Notes: generated by a model from the sequence alone, not told the origin. A stretch of DNA of 33,932 nucleotides from Clostridia bacterium (GCA_028702545.1 JAQVOQ010000001.1:1-33932); one strand, 5' to 3'. Shown: positions 19,631-29,800, numbered from the stretch's first letter. Made by a program: numbers and translations.

Positions 19631-21889
19631 TTATTTCTTATTGTCTGTATTGACTGTATCTTTTGTCTTGCTAATAAACTCCTTTAAGTCCTGAGCAATT
19701 TTTTTATTTCCACTTATTCCGCCATCATAATTTTTTAATTTATCAACATTCTTTTTCTTGTTTTCAATGATGTCGTCTAGACTTAAATCCAATGTTTTCA
19801 TAGCGCTTTCTAGCGTTTTTACCCCTTTTTGTTTTTGCTCATATTCTTTTGTATATATTTTTTCTTCTTGTTGTAATTTTTTTATTTGTGCTTTCTTTGC
19901 AGCAACAGTTTCTGGTGTTAAACCTCTTGTTCTTAACCCCTTATCTTCATTAATTTCATCTTTTATTGAATTAATTTCAGATTGAGTATTTGTAAGTTTT
20001 GCTTTACTCTCATCCACATATCCGCTCTTTGCTAAATTTAAAGTTGATTCTGCAGTAAGTGGAACATCGTTTGCTTTGTTGCTATCATCTGCACCACTAG
20101 TAGTACCTTGTTTACCTTCAAGCGCTTTAATCAGTTTTTCGTTTCTTAAATCAGCAGCTAACTCTGGTCTTTCACGATTTGATCTATCCTTTGTAGCTTG
20201 AGCAGCAGCAGATAACGGCATTAATTTATCAAATCCTAAGTTCTTTCCAAAACTAGATTTTTTAAAACTTTCAAAACGATCAGCTTTATCTTTTAAGAAG
20301 CCAATTCGATTGCCTTTATTATCTTTGCCAAATCCAGCAAAGTTTTTAGCACCTTTTGCAAACTTATTTCCCATATTGGCAGCATTCTTAAATGGAGTAA
20401 CAAGGCCTGCTCCAACTCCCTTTGATGCTGCTTGCATCCAGTTTAATCCATTTGCTCTTGAATTTTTGAAACCTGAGCCTACAGCCTTCACAGCACCTTT
20501 TTGAAGTGCAAAACCTGTAGCGCCAATGCCTGTTCCAAGTGCAACTGCTTTTGCTGCAGTTTTTGTAAACGCTTCTGCCTTACCAGCTCCATCTCCAAGT
20601 ACATCGCTTGCACCTATAATGTCAGCTAATTGTTTAGAAAAGTCTTTAAAGAATACTGCTCCTCCAATTAACATCAATAATTGTGCTATTAAATTAAATA
20701 CTTGATAAGTAACTGCTACTACGGCAGAAGTTTCCGAATCAATTTGGAAAAAATCTATTTGACCGAGTATTGGAATCAACATTATATAAAGATTCATAGT
20801 AACGATAACCGCATAAATACTCAAAGTGTTAGAAATAAATGCTTTTTTCCAATTTTTATAAGCATCTTCATTGATGGGTGTTATTGCAATAATTGGTGGA
20901 GCTATTATAAATAACATAACTAAAGCATAAATACGTTTAATTAAACCAAGTAATACCATTAACATAATCGTAAGTAGCATAATAGTTACACCAATTGCTA
21001 CAAAAAAGTTAAAGTTACTTAAATCATAATAATACCAAACCAAACTATAATCATATATTGAAAATGATTCTGGGTAATCTGGTAATCCTATCGTTTTGTA
21101 AACAAAGGACAAAATATCATTTAATGTAACAGGATCAAAGTCTTCACCAGTAGGTGCCAATGTATTATTTTGAAAAGCATTGTCAATTTTATCGGCAACT
21201 GTTTCAATAATAAAACCAGTATTAGTGTCCTCACTAAAAAGGCCAAAGTTATTCTTGGTAGATAAATCATCTAAAAATTCTTGGTCAAAAGGACCAACGC
21301 CCTCTCTTGCTCTATTAGATTCATAAGCAGCTGCTGCGAATATACGACCACTCAATTTTGAATTTGCACCACTAGAAGTCGCCATATCAAGCGTACTTAA
21401 AAGTGCATTACCTATAAATAACCCTAAAATTGCAACAACTGGAACAGTTGCAAAAATTGCAACGCTTTTTAATGATTTTCCTATTATTTTACCCTTACTA
21501 TTACCGCCTTTTGCGTCAAGCGGTTGATATTCACTTTTTATTACAGCAACAAAAGTTGAAATAAGAAGCAATACTATTGATAAAATAGCAAGTGACCAAA
21601 AAATATTCATTACGGCCTGATTGTTAATAATCTCTAATGCTAAATCTCTTGGTTGAGCTGTTTCAACACCATTAACTACATAATTTTCCAAGCCTGCTAA
21701 TTTTCTAAACAATAGTTGAATGACATCAAGTATTGTAGCAAAAGCCAAAAATATAGTATAAAACCAATTGGCTAAAAGGGCTAAATAACCATCAATTAAA
21801 TATTGAATCCAACCTGCGATACCACCGACTATACCATCTACTATGTCGCCAAGACCTGCAAGGTGGCTTATTCTCCATCCTAAACCCAT
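19631..21889 (-). CDS. polytopic membrane protein, VirB6/TrbL/TcpH-like T4SS channel candidate, with a long hydrophilic C-terminal extension
   Basis: 752 aa with a GGAGGAG RBS. At least 6-8 hydrophobic helices lie in residues 1-430. A Gly/Ala/Lys-rich segment follows ('GAGKAEAFTKTAAKAVALGTGIGATGFALQKGAVKAVGSGF...'), then a coiled-coil-like tail. The call rests on topology and its position next to virB4. Confidence 0.5.
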   Translation of the reverse strand: MGLGWRISHLAGLGDIVDGIVGGIAGWIQYLIDGYLALLANWFYTIFLAFATILDVIQLLFRKLAGLENYVVNGVETAQPRDLALEIINNQAVMNIFWSLAILSIVLLLISTFVAVIKSEYQPLDAKGGNSKGKIIGKSLKSVAIFATVPVVAILGLFIGNALLSTLDMATSSGANSKLSGRIFAAAAYESNRAREGVGPFDQEFLDDLSTKNNFGLFSEDTNTGFIIETVADKIDNAFQNNTLAPTGEDFDPVTLNDILSFVYKTIGLPDYPESFSIYDYSLVWYYYDLSNFNFFVAIGVTIMLLTIMLMVLLGLIKRIYALVMLFIIAPPIIAITPINEDAYKNWKKAFISNTLSIYAVIVTMNLYIMLIPILGQIDFFQIDSETSAVVAVTYQVFNLIAQLLMLIGGAVFFKDFSKQLADIIGASDVLGDGAGKAEAFTKTAAKAVALGTGIGATGFALQKGAVKAVGSGFKNSRANGLNWMQAASKGVGAGLVTPFKNAANMGNKFAKGAKNFAGFGKDNKGNRIGFLKDKADRFESFKKSSFGKNLGFDKLMPLSAAAQATKDRSNRERPELAADLRNEKLIKALEGKQGTTSGADDSNKANDVPLTAESTLNLAKSGYVDESKAKLTNTQSEINSIKDEINEDKGLRTRGLTPETVAAKKAQIKKLQQEEKIYTKEYEQKQKGVKTLESAMKTLDLSLDDIIENKKKNVDKLKNYDGGISGNKKIAQDLKEFISKTKDTVNTDNKK

Positions 21890-21999
21890 AATGCTCCTCC
21901 GTTGTTAATTTAAACTTGCCCAAAAATATGATAGATTTTGCATATTAATTTACTATACAGTTATTATAGCAATAATATTTTAATTTGTACATCTTTTTT

Positions 22000-23712
22000 T
22001 TACTCTACTTGTGGAGTGAATGAAATATCTATAAAACCAAACCTAAACAATATTGGATTTGTGTTTATATCTCCGCTTAAAGATGTTGCACTAAAAACAA
22101 TCTCAAAAAAGTCAGTGCTATTATCATTATATTTTGCTAGACTTGAAACTCCATCTTCCGCTTTTTCTACTATAAAATAATCGGCGGCTGGCGTTGTGGT
22201 GTTTAAAACGACAGGTTCATCAAAACTTTCTGTGTTATTAGTAAAAGATTGCAAGTTAGAATTTGATAACCCATAAGTATTCAATATATCTTGAATATCT
22301 ATCTCAAAATCGTTGTCATTATCCGAAATATCATAAGCGCCGCCATTTATTAGTAAAGTAGTTAAAACATCGTCAAAAATTATTCCCTCGCTAACTTTAT
22401 GATAACGAGCAGTTATCTCCAAATTAAAACTTCTAGTTGATTCAAACGCTAACCAAACACTATCTAAACTAACAGCTTGACTGTTCATAAAAATTAAGCT
22501 TTTGTAACATTGCATACCCGTCGGTATAGTAAAAATTTCGTCTAAATTAGACTCAACATCGGCAAATATAAAATCTTGATATTGTATTCCTGCAATTTGA
22601 GGATATCTAACAGTGTTTTCGCTAATTGTCGTTATTATTGCATTTACGGTGTTGCGATAGTTTTTAAAATATTCATCTATAAAGTCGTAAGCACCACCTA
22701 ATGGCACTCCGCTATCCCACTCATCATTATTGTTCAAATCATTATATTTTTCGCCTGCATCAAACTGACCATTCGGTATTGAATCTATAAACTCCTCAGC
22801 ATCAAATAAACCATTATTATTTACATCAATAAATCTTTCAACATCAAATTCAACTAAGGTATTACCTATTACAACATTTAAAATAAACTGACCTAGCTTG
22901 TACATTTCTTCTTCTAGCATTCCAATATAAGTTATTTCTTTTGCAAAATTTTCTTTTAATGTTTCTTTTTCGCCTAAACTCAATTGAGTATAAGAAATAT
23001 ATTCGTTATAATCGCTCGTGCCAATTTGATATATGTTTTTGTTAAGCTTTAACATATAAATAGCTATTTGCAAATTGTCTGAATGAGCTGTTAAAAAAGC
23101 GTCAATATAATCGGCAGGATTGTAATTTTGAACGAGCGTCCAATTCCAAGTATAATATTGATCAACACCCGTATTATAATAATCTTTTCTTACAGCATCT
23201 TTATGTGCATACTTATAATCAACGCCGTAACTTGCTGGAACAGAGTCAAACGGCTCAAAGCCATCTGCATAAATATCCTCAAATTGTTGAATACCGTTCA
23301 CATAGTAATAAAGCCTATATCCACCTAATCCAATTCCGTTACCATATTCCGACATAAGTCTAATAATAACTTCTTTGCTCATAGTATTAATTTGGCTTTT
23401 AACATCATTTATATAACCGATTTTTTCTGGACTGCCCGACAAATCGCCCGACAAATCAGGATTATATGTTATTTTAACGCCATCAAAATAATCACTATAA
23501 GCATAGCTTTCCGTCTCACCTGGATTATATGGATCAAATGGGTCATCTGGGTCAACTGGGTCATCTGGGTCATCTGGGTCAACTGGGTCAACTGGAACAT
23601 AAATATCTCCTGTACCTCCGCCACTAGTACCGCCCGGAACACATCCTGTTAACATAATAGGACTTAAAATCAAAATAATTATTAAAGTAAAAATATAAAT
23701 TTTTTTTAGCAT
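22000..23712 (-). CDS. surface lipoprotein of the T4SS cluster
   Basis: Signal peptide with lipobox 'IMLTGC'. A Gly-rich stretch and a Pro-x-Asp tripeptide linker follow. An internal 'FIDVNNNGLFDAEEFIDSIPNGQFDAGEKYNDLNNNDEWD' resembles a set of Ca-binding loops. AAGGGGA RBS. Confidence 0.8.
   Translation of the reverse strand: MLKKIYIFTLIIILILSPIMLTGCVPGGTSGGGTGDIYVPVDPVDPDDPDDPVDPDDPFDPYNPGETESYAYSDYFDGVKITYNPDLSGDLSGSPEKIGYINDVKSQINTMSKEVIIRLMSEYGNGIGLGGYRLYYYVNGIQQFEDIYADGFEPFDSVPASYGVDYKYAHKDAVRKDYYNTGVDQYYTWNWTLVQNYNPADYIDAFLTAHSDNLQIAIYMLKLNKNIYQIGTSDYNEYISYTQLSLGEKETLKENFAKEITYIGMLEEEMYKLGQFILNVVIGNTLVEFDVERFIDVNNNGLFDAEEFIDSIPNGQFDAGEKYNDLNNNDEWDSGVPLGGAYDFIDEYFKNYRNTVNAIITTISENTVRYPQIAGIQYQDFIFADVESNLDEIFTIPTGMQCYKSLIFMNSQAVSLDSVWLAFESTRSFNLEITARYHKVSEGIIFDDVLTTLLINGGAYDISDNDNDFEIDIQDILNTYGLSNSNLQSFTNNTESFDEPVVLNTTTPAADYFIVEKAEDGVSSLAKYNDNSTDFFEIVFSATSLSGDINTNPILFRFGFIDISFTPQVE
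23540..23595 (-). repeat. in-frame 9-nt tandem repeat (about 6 units: gggtcatct/gggtcaact) encoding a (P-x-D)n linker
   Basis: Direct reading gives gggtcatct gggtcaact gggtcatct gggtcatct gggtcaact gggtcaact. It translates on the minus strand to 'PVDPVDPDDPDDPVDPDDP'. Confidence 0.85.
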
Positions 23713-23839
23713 AACTTCCCCTTTAACATAGGTGCCGACTTTGATTTTATTCTTTTATTTAATTTAGTATATCACATTTTAAAAAAAATTCAAGAATATG
23801 TATAGTTTGTTTTAAAAAAATATTTTTAAAACACGAAAA

Positions 23840-23864
23840 AACCTAAGTCTACAAAACTTAGGTT
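23840..23864 (-). terminator. Rho-independent terminator after the VirB2-like gene
   Basis: Stem aacctaagt / acttaggtt with loop ctacaaa. On the minus strand UUUUU follows. Confidence 0.65.
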
Positions 23865-23892
23865 TTAGTTTATAATTTAAAATAATTGAGGT

Positions 23893-24252
23893 TTATGAAA
23901 TCCAAGCGCCTAAGTTAGCTTTAAATAATCCTAATAATAAAATTAAAACAATTGTAATTACAAGTGCAATAACTGCATTTATAATACGTTTTTTAGCCTC
24001 TTCTCTTTTGTCAGCAGTTTCAGCTTTTGCCATATTAACACCAAGAACAACCGCATAAATAGTTCCCGCTGTTGCAACAAAAATTAGTAGTGGTGTTAAA
24101 ATACCATCTAATGCACTCATGATTGGATTTAAGAAAGCAAGTGATCCCGTAAATTGTTCTGTTACTTCATCATAATAATCAGTTGCTCCCAAAAGACTTC
24201 CACCTGTTAAACCTGTTACAAAGGTTGCAATTTTAAATAAAAGTAAGTTCAT
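23893..24252 (-). CDS. VirB2/TrbC-like small T4SS membrane (pilin-like) protein
   Basis: 119 aa with an AGGAGG RBS. It has a signal-like N-terminus ('...GGSLLGA/TD') and then two hydrophobic helices separated by a charged loop, 'MAKAETADKREEAKKRIINAVIALVI'. This architecture is typical of Gram-positive/CPR T4SS pilin-like proteins. Confidence 0.55.
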   Translation of the reverse strand: MNLLLFKIATFVTGLTGGSLLGATDYYDEVTEQFTGSLAFLNPIMSALDGILTPLLIFVATAGTIYAVVLGVNMAKAETADKREEAKKRIINAVIALVITIVLILLLGLFKANLGAWIS

Positions 24253-24533
24253 TATAATTTCCTCCTGATGTTGTGTAACTAGCTTATTCTTAGTTTTATA
24301 AAATTAAAAATAACTATTCAATAAAACACAAAAATATTTTCAAACTAAGTTAATTATCATTATTTTAGCACATAAAATAAAATTTGCAAACTTTTTAAAC
24401 AACAAAAATTTAAAAAATTTAAAAAATTAAAGTTTAAATTAATTTGGCTTTTAAATTAATTTATGCTATATTATTTTTAGTTATTTTAAACTTTTTTATA
24501 CTTAATTCTAAAAACAAGAAAAGGGGAATTTTA

Positions 24534-26570
24534 ATGGATAGATTTATAAAATTTGTTATTAAGTTCGTTGCATTAATCGTTATATCCTTTGGAATAGCAG
24601 TAATGATAAACTCATTTTTAACCTTTGGAACCTTTGAATTTGAAGTTACACTTTTAACAGATTCAATGACGCTAACGATTGCGGCACTACTAGTTTTGTG
24701 CATTGTAATATATTATTTGAACAAATTAACAAAAGAGGATTCCTTTAGTGGCACATCCTCTCATAAAAGCCGAACAAAAGATGGTAAAGATTTAGAACAA
24801 TACTATAATTCTCGACTAATTAACGAAAAAGAACTTAAAACGGAATCTAAATTTATGTATCATTTATATGGAAACCTAAAAACCTCTAAAAAAGATGGTA
24901 TTCTTATTAGAGCAGAATATAAAGGTAAAAAACTTCATGTAAATATGTATAAACCTATTCACGCAATGGTTGTAGGAACTACCGGCTCTGGTAAAACAAC
25001 AACTTATGTTAGCCCCACAATTCAAGTTTTATCTGAGACTGCCTCTAAACCAAGTATGATAATCTCTGACCCTAAGGGCGAGCTTTATGATATGCACGCA
25101 AATAAATTAAAAAATTCTGGTTATGATGTTCAAGTTATTGACCTTAGAGAGCCCGATAAATCAGCGCGCTGGAATCCACTTGATAGAGCCTATGATTTTT
25201 ATCAAAGAGCACACAATTTGACTAGCGAGATTTTAGTTCATAGAGCTTCTAATCCAAATAAATTTCCAAAACTTCAAAAAATGAACAGCGTTAGTTATGG
25301 AGAGGAATGGTATGAGTTTGACGGAGTAGCCTACCCCGACAAAGCAACGCTAAAACATGCAATTACAGCACTTAATGCTAAATTAAAAACTCAATCAGCA
25401 AATGAAGTTGAAGATATCGCCTTAACTCTATGCCCTGTTACAGGACAAGACCCTATGTGGAGTATGGGTGCACAAGGCTTTATTAAAGGAATTTTGCTTG
25501 CAATGCTTGAAGATAGTTTAATACCGGAAGTTGGTATGACAAAAGAGCGTTTTAACTTTTATAACTTAGAAAAAATAGCAAGTAAAAGAGATATTAATCA
25601 AAGTGATACACTAGAAACTTTAAAAAATTACTTTGCAGGGCGTGACAAATTATCCCCTGCAGCATCAGGTGGTAACAACGTTGTTCAAAATGCACCTAAT
25701 ACTGCAAAAGGCTTCTTAGGTCATGTAAACTCTTCAATTAAAATGTTTACAGATGCCGGTGTTTGTTATCTTACAAGTGCAACAGATATTGACTTTAAAA
25801 ACATTGCAACAAAACCTAGTGCAATATTTATTAAAATTCCTGATGAAAATGCAACTCGTCACCCACTTGCAAATATTTATATCAGTCAGCTTTACAAAAT
25901 TTTAATTGAACTTGCAAATGAAAGACAAGAACTATCACTTCCAAGAAATGTTTACTTCGTACTAGACGAGTTTGGTAACTTACCAAAAATTGAAAAAATT
26001 AAAAGTTTTGTTACAGCAGGTCGTAGTAGAAGAATTTTCCTAGTAATAGTTGTACAAAGTTTTACACAGTTAACTTCAGTTTATGGAGAACAAGATGCAG
26101 CGACTATTAAAGAAAACTGTAACATTCAAGTATTTATTGGAACAAAAGACCAAAAGACAAAAGAGGAATTCAGTAAAAACTGTGGAAACGTAACCGTTGA
26201 AATAGAAAACAAATCAAAAAGTAATCAAGCAGGAACTAAAGAGCAACACGGCAGCACTTCAACAACTACTAGTTCAAACACTGTTTCTCGTCCACTTATT
26301 TATCCTGAAGAACTTGACCATTTAGACAGAAGCAAAGGCGAAGCAATTGTTAATATGTTCTCAGAATTTAGTATAAGAAGTATATTTACACCTACTTACA
26401 AATGTCCAGTTTATGATATGCGAAGAGTACCTGAGGTATACAAACCATCTGGTTATCTAAATGAACAACAAGTATATTACGATGTTGTTAATAGAAACAA
26501 CATTGTTTTAGGTAGCGGAGATGATGATGACGATGACGATTTTGACTTCTTTAAACCTAAAAAGAATTAA
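24534..26570 (+). CDS. VirD4/TraG-family type IV coupling protein
   Basis: Two N-terminal TM helices. Walker A 'MVVGTTGSGKTTT'. 'MIISDPKGELY'. Walker B 'YFVLDEFGNLPKI'. 'AGRSRRIFLVIVVQSFTQL'. The start was moved from the track's TTG (24444) to the ATG at 24534, which is preceded by AAGGGGA. The C-terminus is acidic (seven consecutive Asp). Confidence 0.88.
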   Translation: MDRFIKFVIKFVALIVISFGIAVMINSFLTFGTFEFEVTLLTDSMTLTIAALLVLCIVIYYLNKLTKEDSFSGTSSHKSRTKDGKDLEQYYNSRLINEKELKTESKFMYHLYGNLKTSKKDGILIRAEYKGKKLHVNMYKPIHAMVVGTTGSGKTTTYVSPTIQVLSETASKPSMIISDPKGELYDMHANKLKNSGYDVQVIDLREPDKSARWNPLDRAYDFYQRAHNLTSEILVHRASNPNKFPKLQKMNSVSYGEEWYEFDGVAYPDKATLKHAITALNAKLKTQSANEVEDIALTLCPVTGQDPMWSMGAQGFIKGILLAMLEDSLIPEVGMTKERFNFYNLEKIASKRDINQSDTLETLKNYFAGRDKLSPAASGGNNVVQNAPNTAKGFLGHVNSSIKMFTDAGVCYLTSATDIDFKNIATKPSAIFIKIPDENATRHPLANIYISQLYKILIELANERQELSLPRNVYFVLDEFGNLPKIEKIKSFVTAGRSRRIFLVIVVQSFTQLTSVYGEQDAATIKENCNIQVFIGTKDQKTKEEFSKNCGNVTVEIENKSKSNQAGTKEQHGSTSTTTSSNTVSRPLIYPEELDHLDRSKGEAIVNMFSEFSIRSIFTPTYKCPVYDMRRVPEVYKPSGYLNEQQVYYDVVNRNNIVLGSGDDDDDDDFDFFKPKKN

Positions 26571-26582
26571 TTAATCTTTTTA

Positions 26583-26610
26583 AAAACCTCATAATATTTG
26601 AGGTTTTTTT
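26583..26610 (+). terminator. Rho-independent terminator after the coupling-protein gene
   Basis: Stem aaaacctc / gaggtttt with a 9-nt loop, followed by a T-run. Confidence 0.7.
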
Positions 26611-26710
26611 ATTATTAAATTTTGAGAAAAACATAATTTAAATTTTGCCTTTAGCGTATTTTAAATTTACCCTTGTATATAATAAGTATATATTTATATA
26701 TATTAAATAG

Positions 26711-26739
26711 TTGTTAATAGAATTTTAATATGATAAAAT
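26711..26739 (+). promoter_or_regulatory. candidate sigma-A-type promoter for the giant ORF
   Basis: TTGTTA, a 17-nt spacer containing an extended -10 'TGa', then TAAAAT. It lies ~60 nt upstream of the ATG. AT-rich DNA produces such matches by chance. Confidence 0.3.
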
Positions 26740-26801
26740 ATATTAAATATTATGTTAAAAATAAGTTACTTAAGACAACCGATTAAGGAGAATACTAGTA
26801 T

Positions 26802-29800
26802 ATGAGAATAACTATAAAAAATAAAGGCTTAATAGTATTAATGTTTATAGTGGGCATGTGCACACTTATTGGTGGCAATATAATTTTTATGAATATTGGC
26901 ACAAATATAGCAGGTGCAGTAGAGGCCGATAATACAGTTCTTACGGTACAAAAAGTTTTAAGAGATGTTGACCAAAATGACAATGACATAACGAATGGTT
27001 ATTCTTATTTGGCGTCAACAGAGGTTGGCAACTATACGCACTTAAACTCTATTGCCAATGATGCTTTTGAGATGTTAAATAATAATGCAGCAGATGAATC
27101 TTTAATAGCCGGAACAGCGGTAGAAAATGTTAAAGTAGAAAACATATTAATTAAATTTGCAGATAGTTACGGAAATGGACTTCCTTGGTTAACGGCTTCT
27201 GCTTGGTTAAATGGAACTCCAATAGATGTTGGCTCAGCTATGATAATTGAAACAAATGGAGACAAAAAATTCACTCACTCACTTGACTTAAAAACATTAG
27301 CTACCCTTGAAGGTCAACCTATTGAAAATTTAGATGGTTACTATGAGTATCGCTTTAATTATTATTACAGAGATAGTTATGGTGCTACTTATGGCGAGTA
27401 TACAAAAACAATTGCATTTTGGCTTTTAGATGAAAACAAGTATGTTGACACAGCGCTTCAAAATAATATTATTCCTAAAATGTATAATACAGAAAAAATA
27501 AATAGAGATAAATATGACAAAAAAATAGAACAAAATTTTTTTAACTATAATAATTTTAATATGACCGATACTTACGACTCAGGCGAAGTCTTGTTATTGC
27601 CTACTTTAATCTATGACGCTAGTAGATACAATATTTCTTACACTAAGCAAATTTATGGTGTTACTAACACTATAACTTCTAGTTTTAAAATATTAGGTGA
27701 TACAGGTCAAGTAACTTTTTATTTAAACGGTGCAACCGCTCCTTTTAAAGCTGATTATGTTAATAAAACAACCGTTGGCGGAGTTGATTATTTCATTTAT
27801 GACGGACTAAACATAAATGATGTCGCCGATTATAATTTTACAGTCAAATATACATATAGAGTTTCAGATACAAATTTTGTTATCGCTACAACAGGTAGTA
27901 TATATGAGCCAAGCACTAGAGGTAACAATGTTTTGTTGTCAGTTTTTGGCTATCAATCATATTACTCAAAAAATAACACAGAGGATGCCGAATTTAAATA
28001 TAGCGACGAAACAACAACTATCATAAGCGACTATACAAAAGATAATCAACTTTACATAGAAAATTATGACACTACTAGTTATAGAAGCGGCGAACTATTT
28101 ACCGATGCAAATGCAGATGGCGTTTATAATCCAGCAGAAGAATTTACCGATGCAAATTCAAATGGTGTTTACGATTTTGCCGAAGAGTATGTTGACGCAA
28201 ACGGAAATGGTGTTTACGACCCTGCTGAAGAGTTTATTGATGCAAATGGTAACGGAGTATATGACACTTTAGCTCTGCAAATTAATGGTACGCTAGCTAG
28301 CACAAATCAAGCACCTGTATTTTTAAAAAGCTATGGCTCGCTAAAATATGATTCAACTTTCACTTCTTCAAGGTCTTTTTACTATTACTATTCAAGTGGA
28401 ACAAAAACTGGTATTCCTCAAATAATACCTTACACAAATAATACTCGCTTTACACAAAACGGCTATTATGAAGTTGTTGTAATTTATGATTTTGAAAAAT
28501 ACCAATATATAAATAGTACTGACGATGTAACATCAGGCAATAAAGTTGCTCATATGCAAGTTTTTGCATTTAAGATTGCAAACATACCTCCAACGGTTAA
28601 CATTAAAACAGATACAAATCAAACGATAACTAGTGGCAAATATACAAATGCCCCTTATGTAACAGCAAACTGGACAGATATTGGCGTTTTTGATGTTGCA
28701 CCTAACGCTAGAATTTGGAGACAAAGTTTTGATGGTTATAATCCATATACTCAAAGTTCCCTATTTAATGGTTCTTATGATAACGTTAATGGACAAGTTT
28801 ATATTAAAGATAGTCAAATTGCAATTAGTGGTCACTATATACTACAAATCTTTTATGGTCCTTCAACTAATACCTCAATTATTTATAAATTCACAATAGA
28901 CCAAAGTGCTATTAGTGGCTTTAGTGTTTTAGGAACTAAAGAAAGCGTAGACGAAAACGACAATATAATTCCACTAAAAGACACAAGCCTTGATTTAACA
29001 AATAAAACTGTTATCAACACCCCCTTTACTCTAAATTGGAATTCAAAAACTTCAGGTGCTGCAATAACAGCAAAATATAGCATTACATCTATTGCCGAAA
29101 AAGCATCTTATACTCCTACTTTAATAGAGCAAAATGGTCAAGAATGGATAACCAATGGTTATCAAACACTAAACACATTTAATAATTTAACTTATTACAA
29201 AACAAACACAACAGGAACGGATATATTAAATCCAAACTCAGTATTAAAAAACGCTAGCATATATTATTTTACTTTAACGGATCAAGCGGGCAACTCTTTA
29301 AATTATTATGTTATTTTAGATGACTCGCAAGCTCAAATATTGCAAGACCCTGAGGCCGTTTCTAAATATAACTTTGTGCCAACTAAAACGACTATCACTT
29401 GGGGTACACATAAAGCTATTGAAATTTCTCCTACTTCTAACTTACCTGCTAGTATAACAACAGATAACCCATTATTTGATACTTACGCTGGTACGCTTTA
29501 TTTAATAGTACCAATTGAAGTGGTAAAAGTATACGCCGCTGGATTAACTGACTCTGACCAGTTAACAGTTGAAAATAGTTATGACTTAAGCGATATAGAA
29601 TCAAACAAAATAAGAACTTATACAAGGAATGTTAATTTTAGCAGTTCGGCAACTTTTTACACGGGCTTAGAGCCTTTTATTCCAGCAGGAAACGAAGATG
29701 TTACTGGCGAAAATATTTATAATACTTATGTGCTAGATTATTCTAGTACTACCCCCTTCACTAACTCAAGTTACAATAATATTTCTATGCTAGACTTAAA

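Noticed and set aside
24444-24533. The track's TTG-initiated N-terminal extension of the coupling protein. Similar 5' extensions occur at 13438..13497 and 10221..10229.
   Set aside because: Internal ATGs with well-spaced Shine-Dalgarno sequences (AAGGGGA, AGGAGA, AGGAG) are much better starts. The extensions lack RBSs or abut them.
26802-26870. Lipoprotein signal on the giant ORF ('FIVGMC' as a lipobox).
   Set aside because: Met at the -1 position is non-canonical. The hydrophobic stretch continues well past the Cys ('CTLIGGNIIFMNIG'), which is more consistent with a signal anchor or an SPase I site after 'AVEA'. The question is left open rather than called.
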